DNA from: Narcine bancroftii
Lineage: Eukaryota
DNA: 64,000 bases
Assembly: GCF_036971445.1 (NCBI RefSeq)
Contig: NC_091469.1
Span: 36,642,001 to 36,706,000, forward strand
Reading direction: 5' to 3'
The translations under genes and the position numbers were made by a program. The notes beneath the pieces are model-generated. The model had not been told where the DNA came from. It did not search any database and worked only from the letters and a program-made list of their open reading frames with translations. Shown piece after piece: positions 38,601-50,100 of the stretch (position 1 is the stretch's first letter; each line of letters begins with the position of its first letter).

Positions 38601-40204
38601 GACTGCGGGGAATTCTTGCTTCATATCCTCGTATGACTGAATTGAATTGACACAAGCTCCAATATGAAGTATTGCCAGGTCTTGCGCTGTGCTTCTACTC
38701 AGCAATGGTTCTCCCCTCTCTTCTATGACCATAAACTCTGCTTCGTTGTACTTATCTCCAGCTTCAACAGTTGCAGTAAAACATCCAATGATCTGCAATG
38801 GCTTGGTTGCTGTGTATGGATACAGTTTCTTGGAACACTTCTTTGAGGTACAGATGATCTTTTTCCTTTTCAACTTCTCCCATAAATGTCGATCAATCAC
38901 ATTACTGTCACTGCCTGAGTCTACAATGACCTGCACTGTCACTCCACCATTGATCACTGGGACCTTCTCATGATGTACTTCATTCAATGTAAATTGGTAA
39001 CAACTCTGTCCCTCCTGGGTATCATCATCGTCACCGTCTATCTGGTGAATTGTATCTTTCTTTCCAGGATACTTTCCTTTCCCCCAGGCTTTGCCTTTGG
39101 AAGTTGTATTCTCCCTCTTCTGGTCTGCATTGGACTTGCTTTTGCACTTCTTTGCAAAGTGGTCCTTACCTCCACACTTTCTGCAAACTTTGCCTTTGGC
39201 CGGGCAATATGGGTCTTTTCCAAAGTGACCTCGGTTTCCACATCGATAACACTCCACGTCCTGTGACGACGTATATCTTGGCTGATTATGCGATAGCCTC
39301 TTAACTTGCTGGCTTGAGTTGTCCTTCAGGGTCATGTTATGAAATTGCCCTTCAACAGCCTCTAATGCAGCAGCAATAGCTAAAGCATCGGTGAGTTCCA
39401 ACTCACTCCCTCTTTCCAGTAGACGTCTTCTGAGTTTATCTGATCTACAGTGCTGTACGACTTGATCCAATAATTAGTTGTCCAAATCAGCTGGCATGTA
39501 ATTGCATCCAACAGCTAGCTGGCGTAGTCTCATCACGTACTGAGCAATTGTCTGGCCATCTTCTTGTCTCGTTCTCCGAAACAAATGGCGTTGAAATGTA
39601 GCATTCGGTGTCACTACATAGTGTGCATTTAATGCATCTACCGCTTTCCGGTACTCATCCTTTCTTCCAGTATTCAAAAGTGTCTTAAATGTTTCCTGAA
39701 CTGCGGGTCCCGCAGTGAAAAGAAGTAACGCCCTTCTCTGCGCTTTTTGTTCAACTGTACCGGTATCTAGAAATAGGCCACGACTATCGGCGTAGGATTC
39801 AAATTCTTCCAGCCATGCACTTACAGTGCTCGCATCACCCGTTGGGTCAAAATGAGCAATTCCACTATGTGTTAGAAAGTCACCGTCTGCCCCAGCCATG
39901 AGGAAATATTCCAGCCCCAAAAGTACTGAGTTAAAGAGAAAATTCTTATCACCTTGAAGTTCTCTTTAATCCTCTGTAATCTTCTTTAGTCTTTAATTTT
40001 CTTCAAGCTTCTTTCATCCTCGTCGCCAATGTCACATTTGTGGCCCGAAATGTGAAGTTAATAAAACATCGAACGCAAGTTTTATCTGGTAAACTTCTCA
40101 GTGTCTTTATTTTCTGGTTTCCTTTGTTCTCCTGCTTGTGCTCTTATCTCTCTCTCATACCACGTTACTTCCGGTACATCTCATACATATTCATTATCAT
40201 GACA
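35652..40204 (-). mobile_element. Near full-length Ty3/Gypsy LTR retrotransposon (Mag-like), decayed
   Basis: 5' LTR 40030-40204 (TGTCA...TGACA); PBS TGGCGACGAGGATG at 40015-40028 (3' end of tRNA-Ser GCU); PPT TAAAGGAGGGA at 35810-35820; 3' LTR 35652-35809. Domain order gag (two CCHC), PR (VDSG), RT, RH, IN. Confidence 0.95.
35988..39920 (-). pseudogene. Gypsy gag-pol, a single reading frame broken by three in-frame stops
   Basis: The four listed ORFs are in the same frame, with stops at 39474, 38112 and 36627. The RT DD motif reads ISDY, and the connection/RNase H region appears deleted. Confidence 0.88.
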
Positions 40205-40553
40205 GATGGGGTCGGGAGAGAAGGTGGGGGAAGACTGGGGAGGAGGGAAGAGAAGGTTGGGGGAAGACTGGGGAGGAGGGAAGAGAAGGTTGGGGGAAGA
40301 CTGGGGAGGAGGGAAGAGAAGGTTGGGGGAAGACTGGGGAGGAGGGAAGAGAAGGTTGGGGGAAGACTGGGGAGGAGGGAAGAGAAGGTTGGGGGAAGAC
40401 TGGGGAGGAGGGAAGAGAAGGTTGGGGGAAGACTGGGGAGGAGGGAAGAGAAGGTTGGGGGAAGAGAAGATGGGGTCAGAAGAGAAGTGGGGGTGGGGAG
40501 AGAAGGTGGGGGAAGACTGGGGAGGTGGGAAGAGAAGGTTGGGGGAGGAGAGA
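40205..40553. repeat. G-rich 33-bp minisatellite (GGGAAGACTGGGGAGGAGGGAAGAGAAGGTTGG x about 7)
   Basis: Seen directly; it produces the GGRLGRREEKV repeat ORFs. Confidence 0.95.
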
Positions 40554-40689
40554 AACTGAGTTTCCACCTCATCAACCTGGAATAGTTAGCCCTATTTCTT
40601 CCTCTGCCGCAATTTCTCTCTGTGATCTAATCCGCTGCATGCAATACCCAAGAATGAAAAAGCGAAGCTACTGAGTGCATAAATCTATT

Positions 40690-41180
40690 TGACGTTCCTT
40701 TGACGAATAGTGCTGAACAGTTTACAGGGTTGGGGGCCTTGGGCGATAGTGGAACTGGACGGCAAATAGAACCCCGGGGCGTTGCTCTTGCCGTTCAGCT
40801 TCTTTGAAACAGGGAAATCGATCAAGTGCAATCTCTCTCTCTCTCTCTCTCTGCCGCTGCCTGGTTGCTTCTCTCTCTCCCTCTGGGTTGTGCTGCCGCT
40901 CAAGGGATCAGTGCAGTCAGAAAAGCTCTCTCGCACGAGTCGTATCCATCTGCTTTCTCCTCCTCTGAGCTGCCTCTATCTACATGGGGCGAAGTCGAAG
41001 TTGACCTGCAGTTTCCTCCTGCGGAATAGCCTGGCTGGCAAGGCTGACCGCTTGTACCGGCCGCGGTCTGTCGAGGTGACATGCAGCTGCTAATAGCCCA
41101 GATTGTATGCGTCCTGTCGCTGCCCGGCAGTACAGGTAAGTCCCGGCTTTTCTGCTCCGAAGTGTAAATAAATCCTATCG
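40690..41180 (+). promoter_or_regulatory. CpG-rich CHRNB3 promoter / first exon region with a (CT)n tract
   Basis: Marked CpG enrichment against an AT-rich background around exon 1. Confidence 0.5.
41081..41135 (+). CDS. CHRNB3: CHRNB3 exon 1 (signal peptide [18 protein letters not shown])
   Basis: GACATGC start in a CpG-rich region, strong donor CAG|GTAAGT, phase 1 compatible with exon 2. Confidence 0.75.
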
Positions 41181-44100
41181 GAAAATAAGGATGTTACAAG
41201 TTTCAATCCTCACACTCATTGGCAGGTTGCAATTAAAGGACGAATTAGGCTTAGGGTGGACAGCAGTCGAAATGATTTATGAAACAGAAAAGTATCTTTT
41301 TTTTGGACTCGGCTCCCAGCGTTAAAAAGATGGGAGAATTCTATCAATGGTTTGAGAAATATTTCCAGTGACTTCAGGCAGGCATGCATTCACTTTAATG
41401 TCTTGTTTGCGACCCAGTCTTTAAAAATTAGGACGCAGGTACCCTGATTTGATGGCCGGCGAGCTTGTCATTGGATTCCCGGTGTGGTTAAGGTCAAAGG
41501 ATAGAAACATCCCCCCCCCAGTTCGTCCCAGATAGATAGAACAGGCAAGTGCAGACTTTATCTAAGGGGGTCGAGAATGTACACGATTTTTCAGCCAAGG
41601 TTCAAGAGGACAATGTAACTAAACTCGGCAAGGTCTGGGAGTCCATGGAGAGGACTCCGCATCCCACCATCTGGAGGGTTCTTAATCTCATGGTATTTAA
41701 TACCCACAAAAAAAAAACTGGTGGTTTGAATGCACATACATTGTTCAGAAGAGTATTTTGAAACCAAAAGCCAAAGCATTGTGGAAACCCATACTTGATT
41801 AATATCTGGAATAAAACTGATTTGCTTCTGATTATTGAAATCGTTTTTTTTTGGGGGGGGGGAAGTAATGATTTGTTATGTGTGGGTGTTTGCTGCTTCA
41901 TATCACAAGGCACAAGGAGATGGCAGCAGGCAAACCCCTCAAGCAAGCACTTTCAATGTGATCATGACTGATCTTTGCTGGGCTTTAACTCCTCTTCTGT
42001 GTCTCTTCTCCATAACCTTCCTCGATCTTTCAAAGATTTATCTATCACCACCTTGACTACTGAGAATTCCTGAGATTCACTCCACTTTGAAAGAATAAAT
42101 TTCTATGTCAGGGATGTGGATAGGAAAAGGTTAGAGAGATAAGGGCCAGACACCGGCAAATGGGACCATGCGGTACAGCTCTATGACTCTATGCAACTTG
42201 ACTCTATGTAGCATCGCCTTATCTTATAACTGTATCCTCGAATCATCCACACGTGAAAACTTCTCAATATCTCCTGACAAGCTGCCATTGGATCTTATAT
42301 TTTTTTTGAATAAGATTGTTCTTCTAAATTACATGAAGACTGTTTAGCCTCTCTTGATCAAGGAAGGAGAAGACTGATGTTTTGTTCCATTTTTAATAAT
42401 GTTGAACATTCTGAATTCATGACTCAAGTGGTGAACTCTACTTAAATGAACTACTCAAAGCAAACACATGAGCTAATATTGTACAGGATGAAGAATTTAA
42501 TATAAAGATAGATTAAATGTATTTTATGTATATTTTATGTGAAATTCCAAGATTCATTATAAAAAACAACAATTTCAGCAATTTATAAACTTAATTTATT
42601 AATACAAGGGTAAAAAATTCCAGGTGTAATACTTTATTTCTTTAGCAGTCTTGAAATAATTTTCTATCATAGTTATGGTATAATTGTGGAGATGTATGAA
42701 GTAGAATTGACCTGAAGAGTTGACTAAAATTATTTTGTGTTTTCCTTTCACTCTTTGACTCTTATGTGAGTTCCTCAACTTGAGGAAGACATCTGCCTAG
42801 TTTGCGGGCCTACAGCAATGTGGCATAAATCTTCCTTATCTTTTATTCTTCCTTTGAACGTTCAGCCATATTGCATTTTTCTTTGTACAGCTGCAGACAA
42901 TGCACATGGTTCAATGCCCAACTGCACTAACTTGACCAAAGCCATTGATGGCTATCTGAAAATGTCACAATTCATTTTGCATTTCCTAAAAAGGAAGTCA
43001 ACATTAATCTAAATAGATATTCAACCTGAAAAGACATTTTCAATCAATAATATTGTGGCTTTTCCCTTATTTTTATCCACAATTTCAAAATAATTCTTTT
43101 AACATTGAGTTATGCAGCCCAGGCTGTTTGACTCAATTTAGTTTATTCTGATTTTTTTTGCTCACTTGAGCCCTCATACTTTATCCCACCATTGCAGCAT
43201 GCTACTTCTATTTTCTCTCTCATGAACTGAATTAACATCCCTTTATTAACATAACTTGCTGCCCTATACAGGAACTTGGAACTACTTGATGTGCAGATTG
43301 AATTCAGCAAGAATGACATAACTTGCCCTGTTAGGGCATAATATAAATTCTATTGGGATGTCAGCAAACCAACTTAAATAACTTTAGCAGGTTATTACTG
43401 GAAACCCATTATTACTAAGTCACCAAATGCTAATTTACCAGCCAAAATGTTCATATATTTACTATCCTGCGAAATAATTTACAACAAAAAATAATCAGAA
43501 TTTCCAGCATTATTATGAGTAAAACTAAAGCCGTCAAGAACAAAGGAATTGTACTTTATTTTGAATGAGCAGGAATATATGAACATTTCTATAGCACTTC
43601 AGATAGCCTGTCAGTGCAGTTAGTTGACTTCTAAGGTAAAACAAAGGCTTATGCAGTGAAACAGATTGAAGATGTAACAGTGTTTCTTTTTATTTAAATA
43701 ATCGTACAAGCTCAAAATCTCTACCATAGCCAGACACAGACCAGATATGGTAGAACTCAGTGGAGATCTGAAAGCTTGTATTATAAACTGGCTTTCATCA
43801 TCATATTTTAAGGTAACCTTGAACAAATGTCACTTCAATGGATGGAATTACAAGACACTGACTTGCTGACCAAAGAATTTTGATGCTGACATCTTTGCCT
43901 CTGATACTTAATGCATTCACTTTCCTGGACTTCTTCTTTACCCATTCTTTGGCTTGGGTTCGCGGACGAAGATTTATGGAGGGGGTAAAAGTCCACGTCA
44001 GCTGCAGGCTCGTTTGTGGCTGACAAGTCCGACGCGGGACAGGCAGACCCATTACCCTTGTATCTATTTAACTCCACTACCATGCATAATGGCAGCATTG

Positions 44101-47100
44101 TATTGTACAAAAATACTTCCACTACTTACAGCAATGTATCATTATTTTAGGAATAGGGCAAACTGTTACTAGTGGCAAGAGGGCCCTTAACACAAAATAT
44201 AAAGTAATTGGTGAATGAAGCAGAAGTGACATGAGGACAAAAACAATCATTCAGTGCTGCAATGGGTTGGAATGAGTGTCAGAAGAGGTGGAAGTAACTG
44301 ATTCAGCAGTAATGTTTAGAAGGCAACTGTATTGTTGGGAAAATTTGCAGTGTGGCATGAAATATTAATTAGATCATACCTTTGAACTCCTGGCACAAAT
44401 CCAGGACAAACTGCCTCCTTCTGTGCTGCACCATTCTGTGATCATTTCTGTAAGCATAGTTGAATCTAATTGATGACTATTGCATTCTTGATAGGTGATG
44501 TCAAAAATGAAGTGTCATGGTTTCTTAGCCATGGCTAATTACTGATTGAATTACAGGATGTACAACGGTAGTAGATATGCATTTAAAAACTCCAAGCTAC
44601 CCTTGCTATTGATGTTTTCACAAAAACTGCCACGTGCCAAAGGAAGTTCAGAAAATAAGATACTGTATTCTAAATAACGACAACAAATGCATTACATTAT
44701 TTAAGCTTGCCCAAAGCTTCAGACAATGATTAGAGATTACTGCTACACTTCATCAATAATTAAAGTTGACATCCAAAGTTGTTGACTTAATTTAACTTCA
44801 GGGAATTTAGCTTGGGTCAAAATTTATATATGTCCATACTGTGATTCCTGTATTACACATTTTTGTCAATCATACAGTTGTGCATGTATTTATGACATCA
44901 TCCTGTCACAAGCTATGAACATCCACACTTCAACATTGCATTAGCCAATACTTAATCGAAAATATGGAAAAAAAATACAAAAGACTTCAGGCAGGAAAGA
45001 GCAAATATGAATCTGGAGTGTTACAACTTTTCAGATGGTTACAAATAATAAATGATTAATGTTAACATTTTACCTAATTTTAATTGTCGTATTAGAAGAG
45101 AACCAATAAGTTGATCCATTGATTTTTTATCAGACGTTGTTTTGTTCCATTCTATCTCCAGAAACCATGAAATAGATTGATGAGAGCTAAGATTCTGCAA
45201 CACATTTTTCTGTCTCTATTCTCCAGATGTTTATGGTTGAAAGATATGTGTGTTTCCATGTGGCCTATAGCACAAAATAGGGCCGACATTGTGCTAAATG
45301 CTTTATTTCTGCAATTTTAATTGAAATTAAAATTTAGGCATGCAGCAGGGTAACATATCCTTTCTGCCTTCAAGACCATGCTGCTCAATTACACCCAATT
45401 GACTTACAACCCAGTGGGCGAAAACCCACACAGACATGGGGAGAATGCACAAACTCCTTTCAGTCAGCGCCAGTTTCAAACCCCAGTCGCTGGCGCTGTA
45501 ATAGAGTTGCACTGACCTCTACGCTAACTGTGACACCCTAATATATTGTTGTTTCAATCTCTAATATATTGTTGTTTCAATCTGATTTGACATTTGTCAT
45601 TGTATCATCATAATTATGTCCACTCTATTTCAGCTGTTAGAACAATGAGGTTCCTTGCAGAGATGGAGGACATCCTGTTGAAGAACTTGTTTCAAGGATA
45701 CCAGAAATGGGTGAGACCAGTTAGAAATCGCAATGATACAATAAAAGTCAAGTTTGGACTTGAAATCTCCCAGCTTGTTGATGTGGTAAGCAAGTTTGAG
45801 TTGAAATCTTCAGAAAATATATCTTGACTCTCAGTATGGGCTATTTTTAAAAAAATATTTTTACTTGTTTCTACTCATTGATATGATATGAGTGTTACTA
45901 GCAATGTTAATATTTATGTAGTTCCATAAATCCCTCTTAAGCTGAGTGACTTGGTGGGCTATTTCTGAAGGTANNNNNNNNNNNNNNNNNNNNNNNNNNN
46001 NNNNNNNNNNNNNNNNNNNNNNNNNNNNNNNNNNNNNNNNNNNNNNNNNNNNNNNNNNNNNNNNNNNNNNNNNNNNNNNNNNNNNNNNNNNNNNNNNNNN
46101 NNNNNNNNNNNNNNNNNNNNNAGCAGTACATTTTCCTCTCATGGGTATTAGTGAACGATGAGTAGTTTGAGCATTGCCATGATATTAGCTTTACATTCTA
46201 AATTACATGAATTCTAAATTAGATAAATTCCATCGCCATCTTGATAGAATTTAAGCTTACATCAATGGGTCTGGACTCTGGAGACTATAGATAAGCACTG
46301 CTCCATAAAAGTAGTCAAGCACAAAAAGGTAGAATCAAGGAACAGGAATAGGCAATTCAATCCAAGCTTTCTGCACAATTCAATATGGCGAGGACTGATA
46401 CTTTATCTCAATACTGCTTTCCTGCTTTCTCCTCAATCCCCTCGATGCTTTTTTGTACACAGCAATATATCTACCACCCTCGTAATATGTTCAGCATCTT
46501 GACCTCCACCACCTTTCCACAGGTTCATCACCCTCTGATATTTGTACTCCATTGAGTCTTAAATACCTCAGTCACATTCCCTGAGACTGTGATGCCTGGT
46601 TAAAGACCAGACCGCATCCCTGAGCCAGAGGAATCATTTTTCATATACCCAGCCTGCCTAACCCAGACAGAATGTGTGCTTCTCAATGAGATTTCCTCTC
46701 ATTTGTTTAAATTTCAGTTGATTTGCTTCATTTCGATGTGGAAGGATGTTCTTATGGCTCCCTATATACACAGGAGTTGGATGACCATGGTAAGATGATC
46801 TGATTGGAACCAGATAATAGGAATCTCCAGGTGGTGAGGGTACCAGAGATATCATGAATGCAAGTGGGAAGAGACTGAACAAGGCAAAAAGGAATAGAGT
46901 CAAGTTAAGGAATTAAAAAAAAAATAAAAATAAATTCTTGGGCTAACTCCTCATCTTGAACTTGCTTTTCACCCAAATTACAACATGGTGGAAATTGGAT
47001 TCAAAACTAAAAAGAAAATGTACATTAAACTTCTGCTCAAGTTGCATAATTTGGAAAAAAAAAGCTTAAATCATACTGCATTTGGCTGTCCATTTCTTCT

Positions 47101-50100
47101 GTTACAGGATGAGAAGAATCAGCTGATGGCGACAAATGTTTGGCTAAAACAGGTAAGGACATCACTTCATGGTACCTGTACGATTCATAAACACTAGTCA
47201 ATCGGTATGAGTCCAGGGGATAGTTCATCCCTGTTGCCAATCTGAGCAACTAGGAACTTTCATTTGAAACAAAATAAAACAAAAGACCAGCTAATGGTTT
47301 CATCTTGTTCTTAAAAATGGCAAGTAATGGATTAAAGATCCTGACCTGTCACCAATCATCCAAGAACATTGAATTTCTGTTTCTTTTCATATCACTTCAT
47401 TGCTGCTTAACACTGGTATGTTATCAGTCATGTTGTTTGTTCCTAACCAGTGAAAGTGAGGGTGCTGAATTAGGGAAAAAAAGTAATTGTAAGTTGAAGG
47501 ATTTGATTATAACCAAAAGAGCTTGAGTTTCAATATTTCCAGTAACCTTGTACTTTTCTGGTATACCTGTGTTTTAAAAATAAAACCATAACTTCTCCTT
47601 GACAACTGCATGCTCAAATTTGTCAAGCTTAGTTTTTGATTGATAATGACAGTCACAACCTGCTTGATGTAATAAAGATTAATAATTGAATTAAAGAAGC
47701 TCATTAAAAAAAAAGATACGTAAAAGATATGCATAATAATCAAGGCTCTGACAGAATAAAATTCTGGATGAAAAGTCATTGGTGCCATGGTGAAATATGT
47801 ATAACCACCCCATAGTAATCCTCCAGAATAATTTGTTTGATCATTCTCTAAGAAAATAGCATTGCTCTCTCTAGTGTACTTTCCTTTTTACTTAGAATAT
47901 AACTTTATGAAGTTTCAATAGTATCACTGACAAACAACCTGTTTAAATTGTTTTATCCGTATTTTGATTTTTTTTCTCATAACATGATTATCTTTTGTAA
48001 TGTAGGAGTGGAATGACTATAAGCTGAGCTGGAATCCAGATGATTATGGCGGTATCAGTACAATCAGGGTTCCTTCTGACTCCATCTGGCTGCCTGACAT
48101 TGTCTTGTATGAGAAGTAGGTCTAGTACATTTCTTTATTCTCCACGTAAAGGCACTTTTAAAAATATGTACTCTATTATATTTTTGAGGTTTGATGAGGT
48201 AGCATTGGATGATGCTCATTGGAGTTCACAGTATACAGCAAAATGTCCTGTGTGGAACTCCAATCCTTCCTGCCATTATAAACAAGTGGCATCATGGGAC
48301 AGATGTACCCTTGTTTGCTCATGTTCATGTTCAACATACAAGAGCAGCACATTGTACTCTAAATATTTAATCGACTAAAATTGAACTAAATTTTGGGAAT
48401 GGAACATGGTATTAATGAAACAAATGTGATTGTTCTTCATGCTTCTTGTCCCTAATTTTGAAAACATTTGCAGCTGTTTGCAACTATGTGTCCATGTTTG
48501 CTAGCAATGCCTTATTTGAAGGGATAACTGTTATGGGCCCAGAGGACTCCAAAGCCCAGCAGTAACAGAAATTCACAAAGACAAATGGTTACTTCAACAA
48601 AAGTTGCTTTTAATTATCTTCAAACATAAAAACAGGATCAAACTTTGACTTATGACTATTTAACTTAACCTAACTTCCCCCTTCTAATTCTAAGTTCACG
48701 TATATGTAATGTGTATATAAGTTCAGAAAAGTTATTTGATTCACAGTCCAATCTCACTTCTCACTCCTCCAAGTTGACTGGTTGCAGGCAATTCTTATAA
48801 TGTGCACAAAATTTAATATTTATGAATTTCACTCAGCTTTGGTACTTGAAAGGTAAATGGTTACAACTCAGGAAGGTTCTTGTCAGTTTTCACAGAAAGA
48901 TGTGTTACTCGTTGGACACAAACTGATTCCTTCCAATCAGCCACGTCAGAGTCTTGCCAAAGTAACTTGCCCCATCAGGGTTTTCCAGAAAATATCCTCT
49001 TTCTTTTGTGTCATCATGGAGTTCCTTTTTGTTTCCCTTATTTTAAGTGAAACATTATACAGCCAGCCATCTCCTCTTGTATGGACCACAAGGGCTTTGA
49101 ACAGGCTGAACTAAGATCTCACAACCCATCTTTTTGTCCTGTTCCAGTCCCAGCTGCTGCTGCTGAACTGTAGAACTGAATTCTCTCCCTCTCCCTCTCC
49201 CTCTCCCTCTCCCTCTCCCTCTCCCTCAGAAAAACCACATGACCCTCCTAATCTTCTAAGTTCGTTCATCTGTTGCTTTCCAAAACAATAATCCATTACT
49301 CCACAGCGTATCCAATTAACACCTACTTGTGAAGTCCTTATAGGCATTCTTCAAAGTTTTTTTTGCAAAGGCACCTGGAGCCTGGACTGTCTGGTTTGAG
49401 CAGAGCTCTGGCATTTTAAATGAGATCTGTTTTGAAGTGTTTGTATGTGACCTACACTAAAAATCCTTCCCCATTTTATCTCCTTTTAAACCATATTTAT
49501 TTACAATATAAAATATAACTGAGAATTGTAACATGGTTGGAAGCAGAGTCTACATGAGAAATTTTTGGTCTTGGCCACATTATTGCCGCCCACATTAAAC
49601 TGGCATTATGCATTTTCATGAACATTTGAACAAACTGAGCCTGGGTTGGGAGGTATTTGCTGGGAGATGGGGAGGGAAGCAAACTTGTGGTCAAGAATCT
49701 GGGCAGGGATGGGACCGGCATTGCTGTTTCAGGTTTGCGGTCAGGATCAAGATAATAAGGGTGGGTTATTGGCTTAGGTCAGTATTACGAACTTCCATTT
49801 TAGTAAAATGAGATTATCGCTGTCAGGGATAGTATAGACAGGAGGGACTGAATGGTCAGGGTTAACATTTAACATTTCACACAGGCACAACACAAGTCAC
49901 AGTCCAATGATAATTCAATACATTGGAAGAACTGAGGGAAGGTTTGTCACAGTCTGTTTCAGAATTTGATACATTTGCAAAGACACTATGATTTTTCAAG
50001 GGAGAACCATTCTGGCTGCTGAAGGGAAAGCAGCTTTTTGAAAGTGGCACTAGTGGCCAGCCATTTCTGTTGAATTTCAAGCAAAGCATTCTCTGTGAAT

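Noticed and set aside
40205-40553. 33-bp repeats as a CRISPR array or a repeat protein
   Set aside because: Head-to-tail units with no unique spacers, in eukaryotic DNA.
40700-40725. REST/NRSE site in the CHRNB3 promoter
   Set aside because: Only the TTCAGCAC half-site is present (minus strand), with no GGACAG half at the expected spacing.
45974-46121. Assembly gap as the cause of the unusual CHRNB3 orientation
   Set aside because: Exons 1-2 (left of the gap) and exons 3-6 (right of it) are on the same strand and in order.
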